Shown piece by piece: positions 12,701-26,641 of a DNA stretch of 64,000 nucleotides. The notes under the pieces are model-generated. The model did not search any database. It had not been told where the DNA came from and saw nothing but the letters and a program-made list of their open reading frames with translations. Both the position numbers and the translations under genes were made by a program. This DNA comes from Kudoa neothunni (Eukaryota; Animalia; Cnidaria): contig OZ199838.1 of NCBI GenBank assembly GCA_964304625.1, positions 9,017,245 through 9,081,244 of the forward strand. Direction: 5' to 3'. Each line of letters starts with the position of its first letter. Position 1 is the stretch's first letter.

Positions 12701-15156
12701 TGTTACATTAACCTTGTAGGAAGTTAGTTGTTTGTTATTTCTGTGTTTATGAGTATGCGTTTAATAAGTATCGTTAATATTTCATTTTTTTAAATTTTTG
12801 TTCGATATATTTACAGATGATATTATTATTGTTTAATAGGATTGATTATATTTTTGAGTTTTTGTAGAGCAATGTTTCCCAACGTGGGACGTGAACAATT
12901 TTTTGTGGAGTATAGAAATTTTTAAACGTTTAATGAATCGCTCTAGTGGGACGCGGAAAACCCTGAGTATTGGCGTATTGGTGTGGCACGGATAATGATG
13001 ATATAATTGGGCAGTATGACGTATTTTGAAATTACCATCACGATTTTCGATATCGATAATTTTGGAGTGGCGATTAACATCACAAAAAATTTTGAGAAAT
13101 ATTCGGCACGGAACTTTTTTTTTCTGGAAAAAGTGGGACGGGATACAAAAAAGATTGAGAAACACTGATGTAGAGATATCCAAAAATGCTAATTTTATCG
13201 TATTCTCATAATTTATTTGATATTTACATTAATATCGTTATCTTTTCATACTTAAATTAACAATTTGTTATTTGAATTTAAATTTTCATAATAATTTATT
13301 TTATAATTGTATATTTAGTCTATAATTTAATTTTCCGAAGCATTGTTTTTTAATTTATATGTATCTGGTTATTAAATAAACATTAAATTTTCTTTTTAGA
13401 TATTTAAAAGGTTTATTGAGTCTGGACTTAAGAGTGTTTTTCTTTTTCTCAATATTATTGTTTTGGAATACACATTGGATTCAATGGGATTATTTTCAAA
13501 TCTGAGTCAGTACATCTCATCTCTTAGTATAAATTTAAATAATGGCTACTTTTTTTATACAAGGCTCAAAGAATAATTGATATCAAGTTCGAGACTTGCT
13601 GATGTTTAGTGGCGTAGAGTTAGAATATCGTCATTTGTATGTTTGGATAATTTATACTTATTTTACTTATAATTTTCATTATATTCAAATGAAAATACAT
13701 TTGTTTAATAAAAATTTATTCCGACACGTAAATTTGAGATTTGAAGAGTTGAGTTAAATTTTTATATTCCGTAATCACATGGGGATATTTTACTGACTGA
13801 ACATCGACCTACCTAAAAAATTTCTATTTGATAAAATTAATGTATTTTAGAGTGTATCTTCATTATTGCAGCTATAAAAAATCACTTAATGATGATATTT
13901 AAAATCTTGATTTTCTCCAAATTTGGTTAGATTTGCTGTAAAAAGCGTTCCATAAATTATATGTATGCAGATTATTAAAATGATTAGAAAATATTTTTAG
14001 GCAACTTAATTTGTTAAAATCTCAAATTTTGTTATTCCCGCATCTTTCAAGACTTGGGAAAGTAGATTAAGCATGTAAATCCAAGATTATAAAACACTTA
14101 ATTGAAGATTTTATTAAAAGGGATTATTTATTATATGATTAACATTACAAATTTCAAATAGAGTCAATATATTCCAGCCTTCTTTATTTTATTTTTTTGA
14201 ATTTCCTGACTGTGATATTATTTGTTTTTAATTTCTATTTAACAAAACAAATTCTAACTACCAATTGATAATTTTTATTTTCAACCTTATTTGATGTACC
14301 CTAGTTTTCAAAAGTTGCAGTAATATAAACATATTAATTTTTAATAAAGACAATTTTTGACCGAAACTAATTTCGTATTTTTCAGGAGCTGTCGTTAGTG
14401 TCGACTGTGTGAAAAATCCTGTAGAACTGGCATACAAGGTGATGAAAGAAACTCCACATTGTATCTTGGCTGGCGAGGGAGCAAGAAAATTTGCTAAAAC
14501 CACTGACATTCCAGTGTGTGAGAATTCCCATGATCTTGTTTCAAAATCGCAATTGGAAGTTTTCCACAAAACACCATCTTTCAAGGAATGGATAAAGAGT
14601 GATATGGCAAGCGCTTCAGGTGTTCTTCGTAGCGATGGTGAACATGACACTGTCGGAGCTGTTGCATTGGATTCGTATGGAAATTTTGCTTGTGCTACGT
14701 CAACAGGTAAATATATTCATCCCAATAGTTATAGCAACCCTAGTATTGTAGGTGGCATCAATGGAAAAATGTTGGGAAGAATCGGAGATTCTGCAATTAT
14801 TGGATCTGGTGGATATGCCAATGAATTCGGTGCGGCGGCAGCCACAGGACACGGAGAATCTTTTCTCAAAGTTCTTGCTTGTTATTCGGTAGTCTTCTTG
14901 CTTTACGTTTAAATCTCTTATTTTATTTGAGCAGGCTGTTGAAAAAATCGAAAATGGCGAAAGTCCATGCGCTGCTGCATCCACCGTCCTAAAAAAAATA
15001 AGTCACGTTCTAAAGAGTAAAGGTGGCATTATTTCGGTCAACAAAGATGGAGATATTGGTTATGCGTACACTACCGAATTCATGCCGTGGGCAGCATATG
15101 ATAAAAATGGCCATCTTCGGAACTCTCTGAAAGATAAAAATAACCTTGAGAATTAA
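9745..15156 (+). CDS. ASRGL1: Isoaspartyl peptidase/L-asparaginase (type 2 Ntn hydrolase); exons 9745-9756, 9796-9906, 9946-10093, 14386-14706, 14752-14888, 14935-15156
   Basis: Motifs IIAHGGA, LENNPLFNAGYGS, VEMDSMIM, KNPVELA, HD/TVGAVA (nucleophile Thr), ATSTGG, GRIGDS, TGHGE, GGIISV and MPWA. All GT-AG joins keep frame. Confidence 0.95.
11404..12700. mobile_element. Tigger/pogo-type non-autonomous element family B (long copy) in ASRGL1 intron 3
   Basis: TA|CAGTAGATGACGGGTCGTTCGTAA ... TTACGAACCACCTATCATAGACTG. Both ends are shared with 16648-16887. Confidence 0.8.
12870..13167. mobile_element. Buster-type hAT MITE family A, copy 2 (short) in ASRGL1 intron 3
   Basis: CAATGTTTCCCAAC ... 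TTGAGAAACACTG. TSD TTGTAGAG/ATGTAGAG (7/8). Internal similarity to 4695-5382. Confidence 0.85.
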
Positions 15157-16647
15157 CTAATACAAATCTAATCTCAATTCTAAATTTTTAATTTTTCATG
15201 TTTATTTCTATTTATCTCTGTGCCCAACACTCCCCACATTTGGAAATTGAAATTTTAAGAATCCAAATCGGAAAGGTCCAACTCTAGTATGACATGTTAT
15301 GGAATGATGAAAATAAGATCATCGCATCATACGCTGAGTTTCTGTTGTTAGAACATAAATTTCTTTTGTCATCTAAAAGAATACACTTCAGTTATTAATT
15401 AAAATTACGATTTCTATTAAGCCCGAGTAAAGTGTGGTTGTATACGGAGGAACGATGATATCATTCACTAAATGATTTCTATTTTAAGGAAATACATAAT
15501 AGGGGCTTAATACCATGTATATAATTTAGGAAGTGACTATTGACACAGATCATAATTTCCAGGTAGGTGTAGTTTTCACTGTATTTAATTGTTTTTGGTT
15601 CATCGCTACCGCTCCTAGGTGCCAAAAACAATTAAATTTAGCAGATTCTAAAAAATAAAATTTATAGATCAACTATAAATAGGAGTAGCCAGGATTAAGA
15701 ATCGACGCTGTGCAAGCCGAGTCACCAGTTTGGATTAAAAACTTCCATGTCAATAGCCAGTGCCTATAATTTAAAGAATTCTTTAATTTCTAGGTACTAA
15801 ATCGGTAAAATTATAGATAAACTGAGTGAGTGAATATAAAATAATCGAGCTGTTTTTCCAATTTTTCAGTATATATTGATAGACACAGAAGTAAAAAGTA
15901 TTTAAAGCATAAATACAACACCAAAATATTAGATGAAGCTTTACGTCAGTTTTTTCAGTAATACAACATTTTTGTGGCCTTAAATTAATTGAACAGAGCT
16001 CATAATATGTTTAAAATTATCCTTACAATTAAAAAGGCTATTGTGTAAGTAACATGAGGGAATATAGTAAACAAAGAATATTTCACTTTAGAAAAGTATA
16101 CTATTAAGACTCCTTGTCTTTATGTAATTCCATGAGTCGAAACGCATACAGAGTACGTTTTTATTGATAGCGCCAATAGCTTCTAATTAGGTTTTCTATT
16201 CCTGGCGCGTTTGTTAATGCTCGTTAACTTATCTGCTGATTTAGGTTGGATTGTAATTATTAGGACAACCTATTAACGATAATTGGTGATCACATTAAAG
16301 CGGTATGAAACCCAATAATGACTGGCGTGTTTTTTAACTCAACAAAGTGTCAGGTTTTATAATACTTATCGATTAACAAAGAGAAAAAAATAGCGTAATT
16401 AATTAAAAGATTGCATAGTTTAAGGTTTTAATCTTGTTGTGAAAGATAATGAAGATTTTCCACCTTTTTAGTTAAATTGTTTCATTAAATTAAGCGCATA
16501 AGTAATCTGCTTCGCTATAAAATTTTTTATTTAACTTTTCGTAAGTAGATAACTGTTAGTTGTATTACTCAGTGAACAAGAAACATTTTGAGTTATAGAT
16601 ATCCAAAATTTTACTTAAAATAGGAGCTCCGAACCTAAATACATATG

Positions 16648-16887
16648 CAGTAGATGACGGGTGGTTCGTAATCCCATTGAGATCTCGAAAGAGTTATGAA
16701 CCCCACACACCTCAGTCAACATAAATAAGATAAAATCACAAAAATTGAATAATTAGAAAGCTCCTATTTCTTCCAATTAATTTACTTACTCTAATGTGTG
16801 TTTGAGCTAGCATTTAATAATTCAATCCCTTTATAACTTCTAATTTTTACATCTTTTCGAAAGTTACGAACCACCCGTCATCGACTG
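16648..16887. mobile_element. Tigger/pogo-type MITE family B (short copy)
   Basis: TIRs CAGTAGATGACGGGTGGTTCGTAA / TTACGAACCACCCGTCATCGACTG|TA. Confidence 0.85.
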
Positions 16888-16949
16888 TATATGTATCCGT
16901 CTTTTGTAGAAATTTTAAAATTTAAACGGATAGCTTTTTATAAAGAACA

Positions 16950-18100
16950 ATGATGACTGATACACCCATGGATAAAATCTCGTATCATCGCGATCACATT
17001 CATTTCTCATCCAATCTACCCATACCTCGTCTGATGGTGGCTGAAATCGATATTACAACTGCTTCAACAAGGGAAGACTTTAACAAGGCTCAAAAATCAC
17101 AAGAAAAAATTGTCAAAACAAACCAACTTCACCCAGTAAAGGATTACAATATCTCAAAAATATTATGGGGTAGGAGTTCACAACTAGCATCAATTAAACT
17201 TGAAACAACAAATACTCAGCCTACCGACACCTCTTTAGGAAAGTCAAAAGTAGTAGCTACGTCAAATAAAGGCATACAGAATAGAAAAACGACTATAGCG
17301 TCTCACAAAAGAATGATGGCCAATGAAAATAATCATTTTAAAGACAACCAGGATAACTTTTCCGATGAATATCAAAGCGGGAAAACCAGTATCAACCGGT
17401 ATGCATCTTCTATAAACGGTTTCCATATTAACAATATTGCAATCTAACTCATGCTAAACAACTTTAACAACTCGATGAAAGATATACCTTCCAAACAAAA
17501 GAAATTCTCACTAACGATAAAGGACCGAAATATTCAAATAAAGAAAGTTCCAATACAAAGGAATCTACTCATAATAAGAATTTCCCCACCAAAACTTAAC
17601 AGTCTGTACTACAAAATAAAGAAGAGATTGGTAGTACTAATAAATTTCATCAATCAGACTATATTTTATTCACACGTGAGGTTAATTTAAATAAATCTCA
17701 ACAAGAGGAAAAATGGAAGGAAGAAGAACAGATAATAACTCTTTTCACAAACAGATTACCAGAAACGCATTAAACGATGTCTTAGTTCGCCTCTTCGGTA
17801 CATAACCTGTATCAATCTCTATTACTTTAAAATTTATCATTATACTTTGATCAATAAAATTATAATTCATAGAGGTATGAATCTCCTTTAATGAGGTGTG
17901 TAGGTGATGATAGCCAGAAGCTAATTGCGTTTGTGACTTTATCAAATCACCAAGAAACAATTAATGCTTTTGAGAATATCAGAGAAATGTTTAGAAAAAA
18001 CGATCGGTTTATTAATTTCAACTTTGGGGTGGTTAGATCAAACATCTCTGGGCATGGAGGTCGGAATAGTAAAATAGCCCTTATCAGTAATAATCAATGA
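16950..18100 (+). pseudogene. Disrupted gene: long polar low-complexity N-terminus plus RBPMS/couch-potato-like RRM
   Basis: EEEQIITLFTNRLPE/(frameshift)/ALNDVLVRLFGT*P|intron 17809-17872|RYESPLMRCVGDDSQKLIAFVTL aligns to RBPMS EEEVRTLFVSGLP...LYLLFRPFKGYEGSLIK...VGFVSF. Several stops and frameshifts upstream. Confidence 0.6.
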
Positions 18101-19326
18101 TGTCTTAATAATTATGTGTAATATATTTAGAATGTATTCCCCCAAGAAAATTACTATTGTGCTCTTTCATACCAACATGACCTAGGATATTTATGTATCT
18201 TGCTTCTCCATGTTAACCAAATCCAGTTGATAACGAAGTTAATTCCCTACAGAATATATCACACGTTAATAGCCCACCATGTGTGTTCATATTTACAAAT
18301 TCTATGATACTTGTCGTTTTAATTCTGTCTCTATATAGATTGTTTTAAGAGCGAGGGATGTGATGGATATTCTTTTCCAGTTGACACTCTTCACATGCAC
18401 GGCATAGACCTTATATTTACAAACACAATGAAAAATTTTTAAATTTAATCTTTTCAATATATATGCTTACATACCAAAGTCAAAAAATATTAAATCAATA
18501 AATTTTACACCATAGTAACTTAAAAAATCACAGGGTAAAATGAAATCATCCCTAAAAATCCCGTCTCAGATCAAACTGGTCGCCCGTAAGCGTCAAATTC
18601 ATGAGATACCCCCAATTCTGGGATTTAATGTACTAAAATGTCTTATTCTCTAGTGAATTCTAGCATTCATAAAAAACGTGCCACTTTTACTAAATCATTG
18701 TTTTATTTGATTGCGCATTGAAAAAGTTTTCATTAATTTATATGCACAGATAAAATAAATACTTATGAACAAGTCTATTTCCGGTTCAGCATTTGTGACA
18801 AGGCTGACTTTGCTATGTATTACCGATAACTGATTTAATTGCATTTAGATTTTTCCGTATTGGATAGAATTTTGTTAATTATTTTAATTCCTCGTTAAAA
18901 TATTTTGGAATATTAAAATAATTTTTTTAAAGCAATATTGGCAAAAATATTTTGTACTTATAAAGAAATGTATTTAACTCAAATTTATGGGCATTTTTTT
19001 AAAAAGTTTAAACCATCCTGAAACTCCAATATAGTATTATATTACAAAAAATTATTTAAAATATTAAAATGTGTAACATGGGTTATTAATCTGAATTTTT
19101 TATATAAGTATGTATAAATATAATAGTGGCCATATGTTTCGGTGTGTTCGCACAAATCTTCTTCTTGCACAGGGACTTTAATAAGAATTTTATTTATTAC
19201 AATATGAAGGGTAGTATAATTATTCATGCTGAATAATAAGGAAAATAAAAACCCAATGTAAGTGCATACGCGCGTGGTGTACATAGCTCCGAGGGGATTG
19301 CGTATTATCGATTACCTACTGTAATT

Positions 19327-19350
19327 TATATATATATATATATATATATA
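19327..19350. repeat. (TA)n microsatellite adjoining a Tigger-like TIR end (19288-19322)
   Basis: Read directly. The adjacent GAGGGGATTGCGTATTATCGATTACCTACTG|TA resembles the reverse complement of 49167-49195. Confidence 0.85.
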
Positions 19351-20535
19351 AGCTAATTAAATTATCTTACTTTTAAAAAATCTTTTGTTTATACTTAACA
19401 TTTTTTTAAAACAGTGAATGTTTGGCGAGACCAATCCTCTTATTTTTAGCACGAGCAATCTCTTCACAAGAACAAATATTGACTTTTAACTTTTTCCAGA
19501 ATTTGAAGACAATAGAATTAAGCATTAACGGTACAAATAAAATTTGGACAATATAGTTTTAAGTTATTGCATATTTTTAGGTTAAATAAATTGTGTCTAT
19601 AATATCCAAGAATGTTTATTTACGATAATATCAAGAACACATTAAAAATATTGCAAAAGATAGATGATACAATTAAGAATAAAAATTAAAAGAAATTAAA
19701 AAGTGATATTGTTCATTTTATAGAATACATATGATAATTCCAGAAAATTTAAAAACTAATTTTCTTTTTCTCAAATTTATCTGTAGTTTAACGATCTAAT
19801 ATTAGTAATAATTATTTCGTGATATTTAATAAAATAAAACCAACAATGAAAGAACAAACATATGAACAAATATCATATAGAGAATAGAATTGCATCTATT
19901 TTGAAATATTAAAATTATAATCATATTATTTATTGCTTCTCTAAGAATAAAGTTTATGTACTGAAATTCACCACAGACCACATTTTACTAAAGCGTTTTT
20001 CTTTATGTTTTCTGTGGTTAAGTTACTCGCGAAATATACATAAAAAGAATTTATTCAATAAATTGAAAATCCATGATTAGCTGTTTATTTAAATAATAAT
20101 TATTAAAATTTTCACACCGTAATATCATTTTATTAGTGTTTTTTATCGAATACTTTTTCCATAATGTCATTATATCATTATAAAGTCACGCAATACATTA
20201 GTTAGACTTAAGTGGAGGTTGAAAACCAAACGAATACAATTTTAAAGCATATACACTACTTTATATCGCAATATAATTACAAAAATTATAATTTATAGGT
20301 CATATTTGAATGTTTTTTTATAAATTTTAGGTCCTGACAAAGCCAGGTTTTTCGTAGGTATTCCTGTTACATATTTAATTACTTTTTCGTGTTATTTAAT
20401 TGATAAAATAATTGTTTAAAATTTTCTATACATTTTCCCAATTTTTTGTGTTTTATTATTTTATAATTAAAACGAGAGCCAAGATCTAAGATTATTCTTG
20501 TTGTTAACAAAGTGACCGCGCAGTCATGGATTTAA

Positions 20536-21763
20536 ATGTGGTTCCTTAGGTGGAAGTATTCTCAAATTAGTTTCGCTGCTCTGAATAGAGTGTATGGCAT
20601 ACCTAAATTTTGTAGAAGTATTGCGACTCCAATCGACCTTACAAATCATCCAAAAGAAAACTTCACCCCAAGGGTGGTAAAATTAAGATTTCTGATTGCT
20701 GTTGGCTTATTAGGTGTTTACGGCTACAGTAAATACCTATCGTTAAAAAAAATAGACGATCCAGATATACCTGTAAAATTTATATATCAGCTAGAGGAAG
20801 CACAAGTTAATTTTGGGATTTACCGCAAGGATCCAATCGTTTAATTTGATCATTTTTATTAGCGACTGATCCGGTTAGAAAACTACGATGAAGCAACCGA
20901 ACAATTAAAATTAGTGCTTGAACTGAGACAAAAAATCGGCGAAGATTGCGCTTTTATCTATTACGTCAAAAAGTCTCTTGTAGCCACATCGATAATGGTT
21001 TGGATAATTTTAGTTTGGATATTTTTTATTTATTACAACCTAGATGGGAAATCTATGTTACAGAAAGGGGCTTATTGATAGGGTAAATAAATGAAAAATA
21101 ACATTTTATATTTTTCCTAGGCTATTGGATTCTATAAAGACGCTTACAATGGACAAAAACAAATTGATAGACCTGTATTATCTAAAATGTCGTTATTTTT
21201 TATTCTCAATTCTTAATTAGGATTCCAATGAAACCGTACATATATTGTTAAAATTAGCAAAATCTTTAAAAACAAATAAAAAGTTTACCATTTTTGATAA
21301 GCGATTTTTTACAATTTAATAGATATAGAGAAGCTCAACAAGTTTATCATAATTGTTTGACTAACCTGAGTTCACATGCACTCGAACATGAAGATGATAA
21401 GGCCCTTCTTTCTTATTCGATATTAAAATATGGAGAATTTCTAGCTTTTCTTGGAAGGCACGATGCCGCTCTAAATCAACTTAATAAAGTTTTATCAATT
21501 ATACAGGATTTGCCTTCTTTTTCTACTCATGAAGTAATTTTTTATTATAAAACAATTTATGACCGACTTGATTTTATTAGATTGTTTATGTTAGGAGCAT
21601 TATTGCAAGTGTGTTAGTTGACGCTAGAAGAATAGATGAAGCTATATCTTTGATTGGCCAGCTATTGGATCAATGTCAAAGTGAAAATTTTGAAAGAATC
21701 TATATCGATACTCTTTTGTATAACATGGCATATGTTGAATGTTTGAAAGAAAAAATTACATAA
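20536..21763 (+). CDS. TTC19: TTC19-like mitochondrial TPR protein; exons 20536-20805, 20863-20979, 21044-21082, 21121-21174, 21221-21282, 21323-21533, 21581-21763
   Basis: Basic presequence-like N-terminus, one hydrophobic segment, then TPR-like repeats (YDEATEQLKLVLEL; MGNLCYRKGLIDRAIGFYKDA; ILLKLA..YREAQQVYHNCL; YGEFLAFLGRHDAALNQLNKVL). Six frame-preserving short introns. Orthology is inferred from architecture. Confidence 0.7.
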
Positions 21764-24026
21764 CTTGTGTATTTAAACTGGTCCTTTAATATAGTTTGGA
21801 ATTTTTCAGCAACTTATCAGAAACTGGCTTTTCGCGCCTTATTTAACCCTCCGAACCTCTTGGGGTCGTAATTCAATCAATGATTTTCTCCCTCATAACT
21901 TACTTTCATTTGCTAAATATCCTATCTATTCTTTTATATTGATCGATTATTTTGGAAGACTATTAATTTTTCTTGAACAATTAAGGGATGGTTATGTCTC
22001 AAATACCTGACCCCTTGAAGTCGAAATAGACCCCAAAGATTTTTACATATAAATTTAGTAATAGTTTATTCTGTATTATTTTAGTTAATTTAAAAAAATA
22101 ACGACATAATTTAACCAATTTGCGTGTGCGAACATTGACCAACTCTTGTGGCAATTTCGAGGCTTAGATTGCGACTTCTCGCTAAAATAATAACGCGGAA
22201 AGCTTTTCCATCGTAGGTAAATTAAAGACTTAATCTAAATACAATAATTACCGTCTGTTTCTAATAATTCTGACATTATATCAACAGACCTCTTACTGGA
22301 AAAAATAATAACATATGGAGCAGATCCCTCCTAGAACAACAAACATATGAAAACAAAACATATTAAATCCACCTCCTTGTATAACAGTCTACGCTTATCA
22401 ATAATAAAAACCGTTCCAGATAGTTTAACATATTCTTTACTTATCAACTGTTATTACAATTACCCATATGGCCTATAAATTTGGCCGTTATCACTACGGT
22501 TCTTCTTGTGATGATGTCTATCTGAATGAGTTTTTTTCATACGTTAACATATTGATTTACATGCTATTTTTTATAAAAAATGTATAATCTTTGGAGATGT
22601 TTTGAATCCTTGATAGGGATCGTGAAAATTTTTTAGACCAGTTATGTTTTAAAATAATAAACACAAATCAAACACTCGCTTTACTTAGACGATCTTGATG
22701 CGAGAGGAAAGGAGAAATATTTTGTGCCTTGTGAAATATATTTTACTGAAGTTTGTCTATGATATGATAGTAACACTATATATAGTAGAATCCACTTATT
22801 AATTATTCGCTATTTTTATTTCAGCTTTCTATGGACATGTTAAATTAAAGTTTAGGAACATTAAAAAATTACTCGCCTAGAGGTAGATGATATGTTTTAA
22901 TATAATGATTAATTTCAAAGAATTTCAACTATAAAAAATTTGTTGTTATAAACGATTAAAACCCAAAGAGGGAGTTAATAAAAATATATAAATGGATGAA
23001 AAATCCATATATCACTTATAAAGTGAGAAAATTAATTTTTATTAAAATTTCAATCACCATATATTAACTACGTTTTATATAATATTCTTTAATTAGAATA
23101 TTACATTCTCGAAACTTAACAACGACTTAAACTGCAAAGATTGAACCAAAATATGCATTCGGGAAAATAACCGAACAATTAGCTATACACTATATAATTT
23201 TGTATATTGTAACTTACTGGGAACATTAATTAATATTTAAAATGCCATGTAATTAATTAAAATACTATTGAAATTGAAATTTGTTGATTATACAGGATTT
23301 TGTATTGAGATCTTTATCGACCCCAAAACTGCCAAGTATATAGTATATTTTGAGGCACTAGGAAGGTTAATTGGAAGCGACTATTCTTTTGATCCATAAT
23401 ATTCAGGTAGGTCTAGTTTTGATTATATTTAATTAATTCAGTTCAACACTTCGCTCTTATGAACCGTTGGTAATTAAAAATATCAGATTTAACAAATCTA
23501 ATGGCGTATATCATACATAAATTGAAATTGTTAGGATAATAAATGTGTACCGCGTCAAGCGTACACTCTATATAGTATTAAATTTAAATGTAAAGGCAGC
23601 CACAATCCATTGGGTACGTCTAGATTCTGAGTAAATTTCTAATTGTTATCTATTTAATAATTTACTTTAAAACAAAATATTCTTTGTATCAAGGAAACTG
23701 CAACGAGAATTTATTTCAAAAGGTAAACAAAATTCCCTCATAAATAATAGCCGAGAAAAAAATGGCTCAATCAAAAAATTAATCGCTAGGAATAGATTAA
23801 AAATCAATAAATATAACAAATTTTCAGATTTACTCAAACAATAATATCTATGGCATTTATAATGGACATTCGAAAATATTACCTAAATTTTACATCGAAT
23901 AGAATCACTTTAGATCTTTATAAGTTGAGCAGTGGATATGTGAAACAATAATACTAAGCGCATAAAAGTTTAATCTAATTATTAACAGCACTTGGAAAGA
24001 TAAAATCAAGATATTGTAAAAAATGT

Positions 24027-25158
24027 CTAAATTATATTTTGTTCCAAACAATATTGTTCAATATTTGACAAATCGGTTTGAGGTTCATATACTTCTAAAG
24101 ATTCCCACAAGGCCTACAATTATGTAAGTGGGCGGTTATCTGATTGTAAATTCAATTATATTCTCACTTTGAAAATGGCTGGATTGTCAAAGTTATTTTG
24201 TGAGGTTTGAACCGTTGGCATCATTGGATTGGACCCTATTTAATAATTATTTTTCATAACTGAATATATAAAGTTCGCACAATAAAACCAATTTATTGGA
24301 AATTCAATGCAATAAAATTGCCTCAAGATGTTAACACACGATGAAAACTTTATTTCGATAAAACATAAAATAAATATGACTCGCATTTCTTACCAGCAAC
24401 AAAACTGTCACACTCGCACAAATACGTTATAATGTCTTGAGTACCAAAAAGTGCCAAAAGATACCAAGAAACCGAGCTCACCCTGAAATTAAGATGACTC
24501 TCAATAGGTAACCACAAAAAATATCGTACCAAGAAGGATCCAAGTCTACTCCTTCAATGCTGCTCTGAAGCATAGCTCTAAAGTTGTTATTGAGTGAGAA
24601 AGGAACTCTAGCTATATGGAATTATTGGAGAGACAGATGAGATTGGGTTATTACTGGCAATGAATCCAGAAAACATATAATTGATAATCGCACCAATGAT
24701 TATCATAGGCATCATGCCAATAGTGGAACCTTTGAGCATATCCATAGCAGCGTTCGGATCTTGAAAAGGAGAAGGGGTAACGGGTTGGGTGCTTCCATCA
24801 ATGAAACTCGATAGATATCCACAGTTAGTATCATTAAATTGATATCTTCTCAGTTCCAATGACTAAGAATCAATCAATTCGAAATCGAAAACATAATTCA
24901 ATCCAATCTCTACCTTTTTACCAAGCATATAACCATTGTTAAGGATATTATTAATTCGTTGAATCATTGAGCTTGAATAAAATTATGTATTATTCAGATT
25001 TAAAATTATTACATCTTTTGAAGTTCAGCGTATGTTAATTTTTTCTTATTTTGAATTCCCTCAAGAAGGTAATTTCTCACTAAACTGACCAGAACGGCAA
25101 TAATTGCGATTGGAACAATAACCCAAAATCTTATTTCATCATCGATAACCAAAAACAT
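24027..25158 (-). CDS. EMC3: ER membrane protein complex subunit 3 (7 exons)
   Basis: MFLVIDDEIRFWVIVPI; DMLKGSTIGMMPMIIIGAIINYMFSGF; RVPFSL..NFRAMLQ; LDPSWVSSVSWYLLALFG; FKALWESLE all match EMC3 motifs. Confidence 0.95.
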
Positions 25159-26641
25159 GGTGGTGACGATTTTAGCGTGTTTTAGGGTCGATCACTTCCA
25201 ACTTCGAAGTATAGCGATTACTCACGATAAAATTATTATGTTTTGGTTCAACTTATTAAGCATCCTCCTTTCATTTTTCTATCAATCAAAAATTTTAAAA
25301 ATCTGTAAAATAATTAATTACCCTAATTTTCGAACTGATAATATCACCATGAGATGTGTCAAAAGTTTAAGAATTCAGATTCAGGTTGATATCAAATTAT
25401 ATTAGACTATTGATTTTACCTATTATTATTTTTGTTTTTTTATATATAATTTAATGTCTAAAGTAGTAATTTAGCAACAAGGGATTATCTTATCCACTTA
25501 AAATAAAAAATTAGAAAAAAACAATGCTTTATAATTATGTTTTCATACATTTATGAATAATCGATTTTAAGTGACGTTTTGACCACTATATTAATATAAA
25601 AAAAATCCTTACTTTCAACAAATTCCATCCCCATAACTCTAATTTTCATTCAATAATGAAGAAAAGTTTATCTTGTTGCAATTTAAAATTCGTTTATAAT
25701 TTCACTTTGAATATCACCTAAAACGTGTAGGTCGAAATCATTTCTTAATGGATAGCTCGTTTGTCTTTCTCCAAAATAGAAATTCTGGTATAAGGATACA
25801 AGAATGATTCTGGAGCTATGGCTTCAAGTGAATAATTTCAATAATGACAGATAAAACTTGTTTGTTATAGGCGTTATTATAAATCTGCGGTAAAATCTAT
25901 CGAGTTAGTTCTCATTGAAACAGTTTGTGACTTTTTTGGAGTCTCGTCAATATAAGCTGTCGTTTAATTTAGGAATGGTAACTTTTCACTGCGATCTCTA
26001 ATATACTCCTGACTTTACTAAAACTCGTGGTCTACATTGAGTGGGTACTGCCGACAATATTATCAATGGTGTAGCTTTTATTTTTTTATATTAACTCCAA
26101 ATGTTTTATTGAATTGTATTTTTTATTTATTATATGTGTATTATGAAGGTTTTTGTCAACCATACATACAAATCAAATAGAAATAATGCCTGCACGCGTT
26201 TTTAAGGCCAATTTCAAGGAAGATGATGCGTATTGCCCATCAATGCTTTCAAATATCAACATTTTATAGAATTTTTATCAGAAAATTCAATTTTTTTAAA
26301 TGTAAAAATTCATCTAGATTAAATTAATAAACGTAAACTTAAGTGATGTGTTCAACAAGTAGTAAATTCTTTGTGAGAAAGCAAAAGTGCGTATTAGCCG
26401 TCACCAACTGTATATAGTAGATAGTAGATTTTTTATTTAATGAAAATTCATATGTATAATATAATAATGTGTATACAAATAAAGAAATGAATAAAATTTG
26501 AAAAATTGAGTTTTACTATGTAAGAAAATTAAAAGTTATTCATCTGTGAACTTTTTCATTTTTGACTGGCATCTCAAATATTTAGTTTTCCTTCGAATTA
26601 TATCCTAAATTTATTTTGTTAGTTTCATTTTATCAGTGATT

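Noticed and set aside
14258-14984. Minus-strand ORFs over ASRGL1 (likewise over the SLC25 genes, PLAA and Kunitz)
   Set aside because: Antisense or alternate-frame shadows of real exons with no motifs.
15304-15337. ATGATGA...CTGA snoRNA-like boxes (also near 22508)
   Set aside because: The spacing is too short for a C/D snoRNA and is expected by chance.
17803-17805. In-frame TAA as evidence of stop-codon reassignment
   Set aside because: TAA, TAG and TGA all terminate intact genes here, and conserved exons have no internal stops.
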